From the IMG/VR virus record IMGVR_UViG_2648501461_000010, positions 1 to 30,723 of that record: a stretch of 30,723 bases of DNA; one strand, written 5' to 3'. The notes under the pieces are model-generated. The model worked only from the letters and a program-made list of their open reading frames with translations. It had not been told where the DNA came from and ran no database searches. Positions within the stretch are counted from its first letter, which is position 1. Each line of letters opens with the position of its first letter. Shown in pieces: positions 14,381-22,356 of the stretch. Source of the DNA: a virus. Lineage: Duplodnaviria; Heunggongvirae; Uroviricota; Caudoviricetes. The translations under genes and the position numbers were made by a program.

Positions 14381-16137
14381 TGGCAAAAGTGGCTGACGGG
14401 ATCCGCTACGCCGAACGTGTTGTTGCAGGAGAAATTGTTGCTGGCGAATTTGTCCGCCTGGCCTGCCAGCGTTTTCTTGATGATCTGAAGTACGGCGAAA
14501 AGCGGGGGATTTATTTCAGTGAACCCCGTGCGCAGCACATCCTGAATTTCTACAAATTTGTGCCTCATGTAAAAGGGGCACTGGCAGGCCAGCCCATTGA
14601 GTTGATGGACTGGCATGTATTTATCCTCATTAATATTTTTGGTTTTGTCATTCCGCTGGTCAATGAAGAAACCGGGGAAGTTGTCATGCGCAGCGATGGC
14701 AGCGGACGTCCGGTGATGGTGCGCCGGTTCCGGACGGCGTACAACGAAGTCGCCCGTAAAAACGCAAAATCAACCCTGTCATCGGGTATCGGCCTGTATA
14801 TGACGGGGGCAGATAGTGAAGGCGGAGCTGAGGTGTATTCAGCCGCAACCACGCGTGACCAGGCCAGAATCGTGTTTGAAGACGCCAAAAATATGGTCAG
14901 AAAAGCCCGGTCGACACTCGGGCGGTTGTTTGATTTCAACAAGCTGGCGATTTACCAGGAGCAGAGCGCATCAAAATTTGAACCGCTTTCCTCGGATGCA
15001 AACAACCTGGACGGTCTGAACATCCACTGCGCCATTATTGATGAGCTGCATGCACATAAAACCCGCGACGTGTGGGACGTTCTGGAAACGGCAACCGGTG
15101 CCCGTCTGCAGTCCCTGTTATTTGGTATCACCACGGCTGGCTTTAACAAGGAAGGGATTTGTTACGAGCAGCGTGATTACGCCATCAAGGTATTGCGAGG
15201 CTATAACAGCGACGTGGAGGGCGCTGTAAAAGACGACTCTTACTTTGCGATCATTTACACGCTCGATGAGGGAGATGATCCGTTTGATGAAACGGTCTGG
15301 CAGAAAGCGAATCCTGGCCTGGGCATCTGTAAACGCTGGGATGATCTGCGTCGTCTGGCGAAAAAAGCGAAGGAGCAGGTCTCTGCGCGGGTGAATTTTT
15401 TTACCAAACACATGAATGTGTGGGTCACTGCCGAATCTGCCTGGATGGATATGATTAAGTGGGAGAAGTGCGAATACATTGCTCCACAACATGAGCTGAA
15501 AACATATCCCATGTGGGTCGGCGTCGACCTTGCTCATAAGATTGATATCTGTGCGGCGGCAAAACTCTGGCGAACCGATAACGGACATGTTCATGCTGAT
15601 TTTAAATTCTGGCTTCCGGAAGGACGGCTGGAACGATGCTCGCGGCAGCAGGCAGAACTTTACCGGAAGTGGGCGGAGATGGATAAGCTCATCCTGACGG
15701 ATGGTGATGTTATCGATCATGCTCAGATAAAAAGTGACTTACTGGAATGGATTGGCGGTGAAAACCTCAGGGAACTGGGATTTGACCCGTGGAGCGCAAT
15801 GCAGTTCAGTCTGGCACTGGCTGAAGAAGGGATACCGCTGGTGGAGGTTCCGCAGACGGTCCGCAATCTGTCAGAGGCCATGAAGGAAACGGAATCACTG
15901 GTTTATGCCGGGCGTTTCCATCACAGCAATCATCCGGTCATGAACTGGATGATGTCTAACGTTACTGTAAAACCGGACAAAAACGACAACATCTTCCCGA
16001 ATAAATCCACGCCGGAAGCCAAAATCGACGGCCCTGTTGCGCTTTTTACAGCCATGAGCCGCTTTCTGGTAAATGGCGGGGGCGTGAATGACTTTCTGTC
16101 CACGCTTGATCCTGATGAGGACCTGTTAATTCTGTGA
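14380..16137 (+). CDS. terminase large subunit
   Basis: 585-aa protein with ATPase then nuclease regions, positioned between the small terminase and portal. Confidence 0.9.
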   Translation: MAKVADGIRYAERVVAGEIVAGEFVRLACQRFLDDLKYGEKRGIYFSEPRAQHILNFYKFVPHVKGALAGQPIELMDWHVFILINIFGFVIPLVNEETGEVVMRSDGSGRPVMVRRFRTAYNEVARKNAKSTLSSGIGLYMTGADSEGGAEVYSAATTRDQARIVFEDAKNMVRKARSTLGRLFDFNKLAIYQEQSASKFEPLSSDANNLDGLNIHCAIIDELHAHKTRDVWDVLETATGARLQSLLFGITTAGFNKEGICYEQRDYAIKVLRGYNSDVEGAVKDDSYFAIIYTLDEGDDPFDETVWQKANPGLGICKRWDDLRRLAKKAKEQVSARVNFFTKHMNVWVTAESAWMDMIKWEKCEYIAPQHELKTYPMWVGVDLAHKIDICAAAKLWRTDNGHVHADFKFWLPEGRLERCSRQQAELYRKWAEMDKLILTDGDVIDHAQIKSDLLEWIGGENLRELGFDPWSAMQFSLALAEEGIPLVEVPQTVRNLSEAMKETESLVYAGRFHHSNHPVMNWMMSNVTVKPDKNDNIFPNKSTPEAKIDGPVALFTAMSRFLVNGGGVNDFLSTLDPDEDLLIL

Positions 16138-16154
16138 AACAGCTTATTACTGAT

Positions 16155-16295
16155 ATGACCGGGCTGATCGGTTTCGGTCTGCTCACTGCTGGCGTTTATC
16201 TGTATGCAGGTCTGCCAGCGTCTCTGATGCTGTCTGGCTGTTTGTTGCTGCTTTATGCACTGGTGGTGTCCATGAGGAGAAAACATGCTTCTTGA
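16155..16295 (+). CDS. possible small membrane peptide (46 aa) between terminase and portal
   Basis: Short ORF below the track threshold, translated by eye (MTGLIGFGLLTAGVYLYAGLPASLMLSGCLLLLYALVVSMRRKHAS); hydrophobic; no clear RBS; overlaps the portal start by 11 nt. Confidence 0.25.
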   Translation: MTGLIGFGLLTAGVYLYAGLPASLMLSGCLLLLYALVVSMRRKHAS

Positions 16296-17511
16296 TGCTC
16301 TGTTTCGCAGTGAGCCTCTGGAAAATCCCTCGGTTCCGGTAACCGGAGAGGCCGCTGAGACGGATAATATTTTTGCCCGGGATGTGTATGTCAGTCCGGA
16401 AACGTCCATGAGGCTGGCTGCTGTCTATGCCTGTATTTATGTTATTTCATCCAGTGTGGCTCAGATGCCCCTGCATGTGATGCGAAAAACGAATGAGCAT
16501 GTTCAGCCGGCACGCGATCACCCGTTGTTCTGGCTCGTTCATGATGAACCGAATGCCTGGCAGACCAGCTATAAGTGGCGGGAACTGAAGCAGCGTCATG
16601 TGCTGGGGTGGGGCAATGGTTATACGTGGGTGAAACGTAATCGTCGTGGCGAGGTTACCAGTCTTGAATGCTGTATGCCATGGGAAACCACGTTACTTAA
16701 CACTGGAGGGCGTCATACCTACGGTGTGTATAACGAAGAGGGTGCATTTGCGGTAAGTCCGGACGACATGATCCATATCAGGGCGCTGGGAAACAATCAG
16801 AAAATGGGACTGAGTCCGATCATGCAGCATGCTGAAACCATTGGTATGGGAATGAGTGGTCAGCAGTATACCAGTGCTTTTTTTAACGGTAATGCCCGTC
16901 CTGCCGGGATTATTTCTGTGAAAAATGAACTGAACGAACAGAGTTGGAGCAGGCTCAAGAATATGTGGCAGCGGGCGGTGACAGCGCTTCGCAGTCAGGA
17001 AAATAAAACCATGCTGCTGCCTGCGCAACTGGATTACCGTGCCCTGACAGTTTCTCCGGTGGATGCTCAGATCATTGATATGACCAAGCTGAACCGGTCG
17101 ATGATTGCCGGAATTTTTAATGTCCCGGCGCACATGATTAATGACCTGGAAAAAGCCACATTTTCGAATATTACACAGCAGGCGATTCAGTTTGTTCGCT
17201 ACACGATGATGCCCTGGGTTGCGAACTGGGAGCAGGAGCTTAACCGTCGCCTGTTTACCCGCACAGAACGGGCTGCCGGGTATTACGTTCGTTTCAACCT
17301 TACAGGATTGCTCCGCGGGACTCCACAGGAGCGTGCGCAGTTTTATCACTTTGCCATTACAGATGGCTGGATGAGCCGGAATGAAGCGAGGGCATTTGAG
17401 GACATGAACCCGGTTGATGGTCTGGATGAAATGCTGGTCAGCGTAAATGCAGCAAATCCGTTGAATGATTTTAAAGATACGAAAGGCAAAGAGGAAAAGA
17501 ACGATGAATGA
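16285..17511 (+). CDS. portal protein (HK97 family)
   Basis: 408-aa protein after the terminase with RBS GAGGAG; followed by prohead protease and major capsid in canonical HK97 order. Confidence 0.9.
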   Translation: MLLDALFRSEPLENPSVPVTGEAAETDNIFARDVYVSPETSMRLAAVYACIYVISSSVAQMPLHVMRKTNEHVQPARDHPLFWLVHDEPNAWQTSYKWRELKQRHVLGWGNGYTWVKRNRRGEVTSLECCMPWETTLLNTGGRHTYGVYNEEGAFAVSPDDMIHIRALGNNQKMGLSPIMQHAETIGMGMSGQQYTSAFFNGNARPAGIISVKNELNEQSWSRLKNMWQRAVTALRSQENKTMLLPAQLDYRALTVSPVDAQIIDMTKLNRSMIAGIFNVPAHMINDLEKATFSNITQQAIQFVRYTMMPWVANWEQELNRRLFTRTERAAGYYVRFNLTGLLRGTPQERAQFYHFAITDGWMSRNEARAFEDMNPVDGLDEMLVSVNAANPLNDFKDTKGKEEKNDE

Positions 17512-18103
17512 CCGTGAAACGCGCTGTTACAGCGGGGAAGTGCGGGCAGAACAATATGATAATGCCCCGACTCATATTTTGGGGTATGGCTCGGTATTTA
17601 ACAGTCGTTCAGAACCTCTGTGGGGATTTCGTGAAATCATCAAGCCGGGGGCTTTTGACGACGTGCTGAATGATGATGTACGTGGATTGTTTAATCATGA
17701 TCCTAATTTCATTCTCGGACGAAGTTCTGCCGGCACGTTGTCATTATCAGTGGATGAACGTGGTTTGCGTTACGACATTGTTGCACCGGATACGCCGACG
17801 ATTTGTGACCTGGTGCTGTCACCAATGTTGCGTGGTGACATTAATCAGTCCTCGTTCGCGTTTCGCGTCGCTCGTGATGGAGAGAGCTGGTATGAAGACG
17901 ACGAGGGGATTGTTATCCGGGAAATCACGCGCATTTCTCGTCTGTATGACGTCAGCCCGGTGACATATCCGGCCTATCAGGACGCAGACTCTGGTGTCCG
18001 CTCAATGAAAGCCTGGCAGGAAGCGCGGGCGAGTGGTGCGCTGAAGAAAGCTGTTAACGAACGAATGGCGCGTGAGCGTCTTTTGACCCTTCTTAATGCA
18101 TAA
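17504..18103 (+). CDS. prohead maturation protease (HK97 family)
   Basis: Start at ATG 17504 (RBS AAAGAGGAAAAG) overlapping the portal stop; position and size typical of the HK97 prohead protease. Confidence 0.85.
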   Translation: MNDRETRCYSGEVRAEQYDNAPTHILGYGSVFNSRSEPLWGFREIIKPGAFDDVLNDDVRGLFNHDPNFILGRSSAGTLSLSVDERGLRYDIVAPDTPTICDLVLSPMLRGDINQSSFAFRVARDGESWYEDDEGIVIREITRISRLYDVSPVTYPAYQDADSGVRSMKAWQEARASGALKKAVNERMARERLLTLLNA

Positions 18104-18117
18104 GGATACTACTGACG

Positions 18118-19335
18118 ATGAAACTTCATGAGATGAAGCAAAAACGAAACACCATTGCAAAGGATATGCGTGCACTGCATGAAAAAATTGGTGATAACGC
18201 ATGGACTGATGAGCAACGGGCAGAGTGGAACAGGGCGAAAGCTGAGCTGGATGCGCTGGATGAGCAAATCGCCCGTGAAGAAGAGTTGCGCCGTCAGGAT
18301 CAGGCATATGTGGATGAGTCCGGGCCGGAAGAGCGCCAGAATAATGAGGCGGAGAACGGGAAAAAGGCGGTGGAAGAGAAGCGCGCTGCGGCATTTAACC
18401 GTTTTCTGCGTGCCGGATTTGCAGAACTGAATGCTGAAGAGCGTAATCTGATGCGTGAACTGCGGGCTCAGAGTGTAACAACGGATTCTCAGGGCGGATA
18501 TACGGTGCCCACGCAGATGCGTAACAAAATCATTGACACCATGAAGGCTTATGGCGGGATTGCCAGTGTTGCGCAACTTCTGACCACATCAACCGGGCAG
18601 GATATCACCTGGTCAACGTCTGATGGCACGACTGAAGAGGGCGAACTGCTGGCGGAAAATACAGCCGCAACGGAACAGGATGTGACGTTCGGGACCGCTA
18701 TTCTGGGGGCTAAAAAGCTGTCATCAAAAATAATTCGTGTGTCCAATGAGCTGCTCCAGGACAGTGGGGTGGATATTGAATCTTATCTGGCAAACCGTAT
18801 TGCCCAGCGTATTGGTCGTGGAGAGGCGAAATATCTGGTTCAGGGGACCGGAACGGGATCACCGTTACAGCCAAAAGGGCTGGCAGCGTCGGTGACGGGA
18901 ATCATCCAGACTGCAGCCTCTGCCGCTTTCACCTGGAAAGAAATGAATGCCCTGAAACATGCCATTGATCCGGCATATCGTGGTGGGCCGAAATACCGCT
19001 GGGCATTCAATGATGCCACATTGCAGACTATTGAAGAGATGGAGGATGGACAGAAACGCCCGTTATGGCTGCCGGATATTGCAGGCGGTACGCCGGCTAC
19101 TGTGCTGGGGATCCCTTATGTTATTGATCAGGCTATTGACGGGATTGGTACCGGAAAAAAATTCATTTTCCTGGGGGATTTCAACCGCTTTATCATTCGC
19201 CGCGTTACTTATATGGAACTGAAACGTCTGGTTGAGCGTTATGCTGAGTTTGATCAGGTGGCATTTCTGGCTTTCCATCGTTTTGACTGTGTGCTGGAAG
19301 ATGTGGCAGCCATCAAGGCGCTCACTGGCAAATAA
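18118..19335 (+). CDS. major capsid protein (HK97 fold) with N-terminal delta/scaffold domain
   Basis: 405 aa; N-terminal roughly 100 aa is charged coiled-coil (delta domain) followed by the capsid body; canonical position after the protease. Confidence 0.9.
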   Translation: MKLHEMKQKRNTIAKDMRALHEKIGDNAWTDEQRAEWNRAKAELDALDEQIAREEELRRQDQAYVDESGPEERQNNEAENGKKAVEEKRAAAFNRFLRAGFAELNAEERNLMRELRAQSVTTDSQGGYTVPTQMRNKIIDTMKAYGGIASVAQLLTTSTGQDITWSTSDGTTEEGELLAENTAATEQDVTFGTAILGAKKLSSKIIRVSNELLQDSGVDIESYLANRIAQRIGRGEAKYLVQGTGTGSPLQPKGLAASVTGIIQTAASAAFTWKEMNALKHAIDPAYRGGPKYRWAFNDATLQTIEEMEDGQKRPLWLPDIAGGTPATVLGIPYVIDQAIDGIGTGKKFIFLGDFNRFIIRRVTYMELKRLVERYAEFDQVAFLAFHRFDCVLEDVAAIKALTGK

Positions 19336-19356
19336 CCACTCGTTGTTCAGTTACAG

Positions 19357-19378
19357 ACCGCGCCGACGCGGTTTTTTT
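19357..19378 (+). terminator. rho-independent terminator after the major capsid gene
   Basis: Stem ACCGCG / CGCGGT with loop CCGA followed by a 7-T run. Confidence 0.55.
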
Positions 19379-19411
19379 ATGCCCGCACAGTGTTGCGGGC
19401 AGGAGTTTCTG

Positions 19412-19729
19412 ATGGCAGCAATAGTGGAAAAACTCAGGGCGCAGTGCCGTATTGATACAGATGATGCAACTGATGATGAGTTACTGATGCTGTATTTCCG
19501 GGCTGCCTGCCGCAAGGCAGAAAATTTTATCAACCGTAAGCTTTATGAGGAGACGGTGCCGGAAGGTGATCCTGAAGGGGTGCTTATAGCTGATGATGTT
19601 TTGCTGGCGCTCATGTTGCTGGTCGGGCACTGGTACGAAAACCGGGAAAATTCCTCAGATGTCAGCAAGGCACCAGTCCCGTTTGGTTTTTCTTCTCTGC
19701 TGGAGCCTTATCGTTTTATTCCTTTGTAG
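19412..19729 (+). CDS. head-tail connector protein (gp6-like)
   Basis: Start at ATG 19412 with RBS CAGGAG; the longer track ORF from 19232 overlaps the capsid gene and terminator; position after the capsid gene. Confidence 0.7.
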   Translation: MAAIVEKLRAQCRIDTDDATDDELLMLYFRAACRKAENFINRKLYEETVPEGDPEGVLIADDVLLALMLLVGHWYENRENSSDVSKAPVPFGFSSLLEPYRFIPL

Positions 19730-19737
19730 GAGGAGAC

Positions 19738-20076
19738 ATGCAGGCGGGCAGATTACGTGATCGCGTAATTATTCTGAATGTCACCACCGCCCGCTCTCCG
19801 TCAGGGCATCCGGTGGAGACGGTGACGGAGGGAGCTACCGTATGGGCAGAAGTTAAGGGTATCAGCGGGAGGGAGATAATCTCAGGCGGAGCAGAAACCG
19901 CTCAGGCTACGGTCAGAGTCTGGATGAGATTCCGGCGCGATGTGACAGCGACTTCACGTCTGAAAGTGCTGACCGGTGCATTTAAAGGGGCCATTCTGGG
20001 TATAGAAGGTCCACCAATACCGGATGCACGCGCTACCCGGCTTGAAATACTCTGCAGCCTGAAGGGGAATGTGTGA
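19738..20076 (+). CDS. head closure / head-tail adaptor protein
   Basis: 112-aa protein with strong RBS AGGAGGAG, in canonical position. Confidence 0.7.
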   Translation: MQAGRLRDRVIILNVTTARSPSGHPVETVTEGATVWAEVKGISGREIISGGAETAQATVRVWMRFRRDVTATSRLKVLTGAFKGAILGIEGPPIPDARATRLEILCSLKGNV

Positions 20077-20522
20077 TGGATTTCAGTCTTGATTTTTCCG
20101 GCCTGGCGGATATTGCACGGGATTTGGAGACGCTCAGCAGGGCAGAAAACAATAAGGTTCTGCGCGATGCCACCCGTGCCGGTGCTGAAGTTATGCGGGA
20201 TGCAGTTGTTGAACGTGCGCCGGAGCGAACCGGGAAACTGAAGAAAAATGTGGTTGTTCTCACTCAGCGTTCAAAGCGTCGGGGGGAAATTATCTCGGGT
20301 GTCCACATTCGCGGACGGAACCTGCGAACCGGAAACAGTGATAACAGCATGAAAGCCAGCGATCCCCGAAATGCATTTTACTGGCGCTTTGTGGAGCTGG
20401 GAACGATAAACATGCCCGCGCATCCATTCATTCGCCCGGCTTTCGATACGACAGAGGAACTGGCAGCACGGATTGCCATACAGCGAATGAATCAGGCTAT
20501 TGATGAGGTCTTAAGTAAATGA
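20076..20522 (+). CDS. HK97 gp10-like neck/tail-attachment protein
   Basis: About 148 aa; start at ATG 20076 overlapping the upstream stop; position in the head-tail joining module. Confidence 0.7.
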   Translation: MDFSLDFSGLADIARDLETLSRAENNKVLRDATRAGAEVMRDAVVERAPERTGKLKKNVVVLTQRSKRRGEIISGVHIRGRNLRTGNSDNSMKASDPRNAFYWRFVELGTINMPAHPFIRPAFDTTEELAARIAIQRMNQAIDEVLSK

Positions 20523-20863
20523 GAGAGGCCACACTGTATTCCCTGTTGTCTCAGCTGGCCGGAGGACAGGTTTATCCTTATGTGGTCCCACTGACGGAGG
20601 GAAAGCCTGCGGTATCTCCGCCGTGGCTGGTGTTTTCTGTGGTGTCTGACACGGCATCTGATGTGCTTGATGGGCAGGCTGAATCCAGAATTACCGTGCA
20701 GATCGATGTCTGGGCGACAGTACCTGATGACGCAGATAATATTCGTGAGCAGGCGCTTGATGCGGTAAGAAAACTGGCACCCTCCGTTATTTCTAAAACG
20801 CAGGGTTATGATCCTGACTCCCGTCTGAGCAGAGCCACGCTTGAATTCCAAGTAATAGCCTGA
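20519..20863 (+). CDS. tail completion / tail terminator-like protein
   Basis: 114-aa ORF overlapping the upstream stop (ATGA); last gene before the major tail protein. Confidence 0.65.
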   Translation: MREATLYSLLSQLAGGQVYPYVVPLTEGKPAVSPPWLVFSVVSDTASDVLDGQAESRITVQIDVWATVPDDADNIREQALDAVRKLAPSVISKTQGYDPDSRLSRATLEFQVIA

Positions 20864-20884
20864 GGTCATTAATGATTTTACCCA

Positions 20885-20907
20885 CCCGCCGCTGGCGGGT
20901 TTTTTTA
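20885..20907 (+). terminator. rho-independent terminator upstream of the major tail gene
   Basis: Stem CCCGCC / GGCGGG with a 3-nt loop followed by a 7-T run. Confidence 0.5.
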
Positions 20908-20923
20908 TTTTCAGGAGACGAGT

Positions 20924-21628
20924 ATGTCCTCTAATTTTGAGCGTTCGCAACTGACGAAAATTATGATTTCGTCTGCACCGGTAACAGCAGAAACCCTGGA
21001 TTCTGCCAGCTATCTTGGCCTGAGCTGTACAATCAAAGAGGTGCAGTTTACCGCAGGACAAAAGCAGGATATTGATGTCACCACGCTGTGTTCTGTTGAG
21101 CAGGAAAATATTAACGGCCTTGGGGCTGCTTCAGAGATTTCCATGTCAGGCAACTTTTATCTGAATGCTGCCCAGAACGCGTTGCGCAGTGCCTATGACA
21201 ATGACACCACGTATGGCTTTAAAGTTATTTTTCCGTCAGGCAACGGATTTACCTTTATGGCAGAGGTGCGTCAGCATACCTGGTCTGCAGGAACCAATGG
21301 TGTTGTGGCTGCAACGTTTTCCTTGCGCCTGAAAGGTAAACCTGTGCTGACGACAGAGCCGCTGAAAGTGAAGGCCGATTTAAAAAGCACGCTGCGGGTT
21401 GCTTCCGGAGCGAAACTTGAAATGGCGGTTGAGGCTGCGGGTGGTGTGCCGCCTTATTCTTATGTCTGGAAGAAAGGTGGTTCTCCTGTTTCCGGACAGA
21501 CGGCGGCAACGTTCAGTAAGGCATCGGCAGTATCCGGTGATGCGGGTGCATATACCTGCGAGATTTCTGATTCAGCAAGCCCGGTTAACAAAGTGACCTC
21601 CACTTCCTGCACTGTAACCGTCAGTTAA
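20924..21628 (+). CDS. major tail protein with C-terminal Ig-like domain
   Basis: 234 aa with RBS AGGAG; the C-terminal roughly 90 aa (VPPYSYVWKKGGSPVSGQTAATFSKASAVSGDAGAYTCEISD) looks like a bacterial Ig-like domain, as on lambda V-type tail tube proteins. Confidence 0.85.
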   Translation: MSSNFERSQLTKIMISSAPVTAETLDSASYLGLSCTIKEVQFTAGQKQDIDVTTLCSVEQENINGLGAASEISMSGNFYLNAAQNALRSAYDNDTTYGFKVIFPSGNGFTFMAEVRQHTWSAGTNGVVAATFSLRLKGKPVLTTEPLKVKADLKSTLRVASGAKLEMAVEAAGGVPPYSYVWKKGGSPVSGQTAATFSKASAVSGDAGAYTCEISDSASPVNKVTSTSCTVTVS

Positions 21629-22014
21629 TGAGGATGGATGTGATGACTAAAAATATCCGTAATCTGGCACTGGCAACGATGTCGGGGTTTCGCCATAAAA
21701 CCGTTGATGTGCCTGAATGGGAGGGAGCAACGGTTGTGTTACGGGAACCTTCTGCAGAAGCCTGGTTGCGCTGGCAGGAGATCGTTAAAGCAAAAGATGA
21801 TGAGACACCGTTATCCGTTGCGGAGCGCGCCCGCCGAAATCTGGAGGCAGATGTTGAACTGTTCATTGATGTTCTGTGTGATACCGGACTGCAACCCGTA
21901 TTTTCAGAGGATGATCGTGAACAGGTGATTGCCGTGTATGGCCCGGTGCATGCGCGGCTTCTTCGGCAGTCTCTGGAACTGATCAGTGATGCCGGCGAGG
22001 TTAAAAAAAAGTAG
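21628..22014 (+). CDS. tail assembly chaperone (G-like)
   Basis: Precedes the tape measure gene; its 3' end carries a slippery heptamer that connects it to the downstream T-like frame. Start may be the ATG at 21643. Confidence 0.75.
   Translation: MRMDVMTKNIRNLALATMSGFRHKTVDVPEWEGATVVLREPSAEAWLRWQEIVKAKDDETPLSVAERARRNLEADVELFIDVLCDTGLQPVFSEDDREQVIAVYGPVHARLLRQSLELISDAGEVKKK
22005..22011 (+). other. programmed -1 ribosomal frameshift site (slippery heptamer A_AAA_AAG) for the G-T fusion
   Basis: A AAA AAG lies in the zero frame 3 nt before the G stop codon; a -1 shift reads GTA GCG CTT CCG GGG ATG CGT..., which is the frame of the 22026..22316 ORF. Confidence 0.65.
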
Positions 22015-22025
22015 CGCTTCCGGGG

Positions 22026-22316
22026 ATGCGTTTTCTGATGATGCTGGCGCTCAGGATGGGGCGCACATTGTCAGAGTTACGCCGGGAAATGTCCGCATCA
22101 GAAATCATGATGTGGGCAGAATTTGACAGGTTCAGCCCGCTGGGGGACGAACGGGCTGATATCCGGGCTGCCCAGATTGTTTCAGCTGTTTACGGTGCGC
22201 AGGGGGTCAAAGTGCCACTGAATGATGCGCTTCTTCAGTGGGAGAAGGAGCAGACAGAAGGCGTATCAGATCCATTTGCCGGACTGGAAAACGCGCTTTT
22301 AATAGTGTCTCAGTGA
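22026..22316 (+). CDS. tail assembly chaperone T-like segment (expressed as G-T fusion by -1 frameshift)
   Basis: ORF in the -1 frame relative to the G-like gene, directly upstream of the tape measure gene, as in lambda G/GT. Confidence 0.7.
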   Translation: MRFLMMLALRMGRTLSELRREMSASEIMMWAEFDRFSPLGDERADIRAAQIVSAVYGAQGVKVPLNDALLQWEKEQTEGVSDPFAGLENALLIVSQ

Positions 22317-22324
22317 GTCAACAT

Positions 22325-22347
22325 AACCGCTTCGGCGGTTTTTTTTC
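22325..22347 (+). terminator. terminator-like hairpin upstream of the tape measure gene
   Basis: Stem AACCGC / GCGGTT with loop TTCG followed by an 8-T run. Confidence 0.45.
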
Positions 22348-22356
22348 GTCCGGAGA

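Noticed and set aside
19232-19411. 5' extension of the head-tail connector ORF
   Set aside because: Overlaps the 3' end of the capsid gene and spans the terminator hairpin; an RBS-preceded ATG at 19412 gives a protein of typical size.
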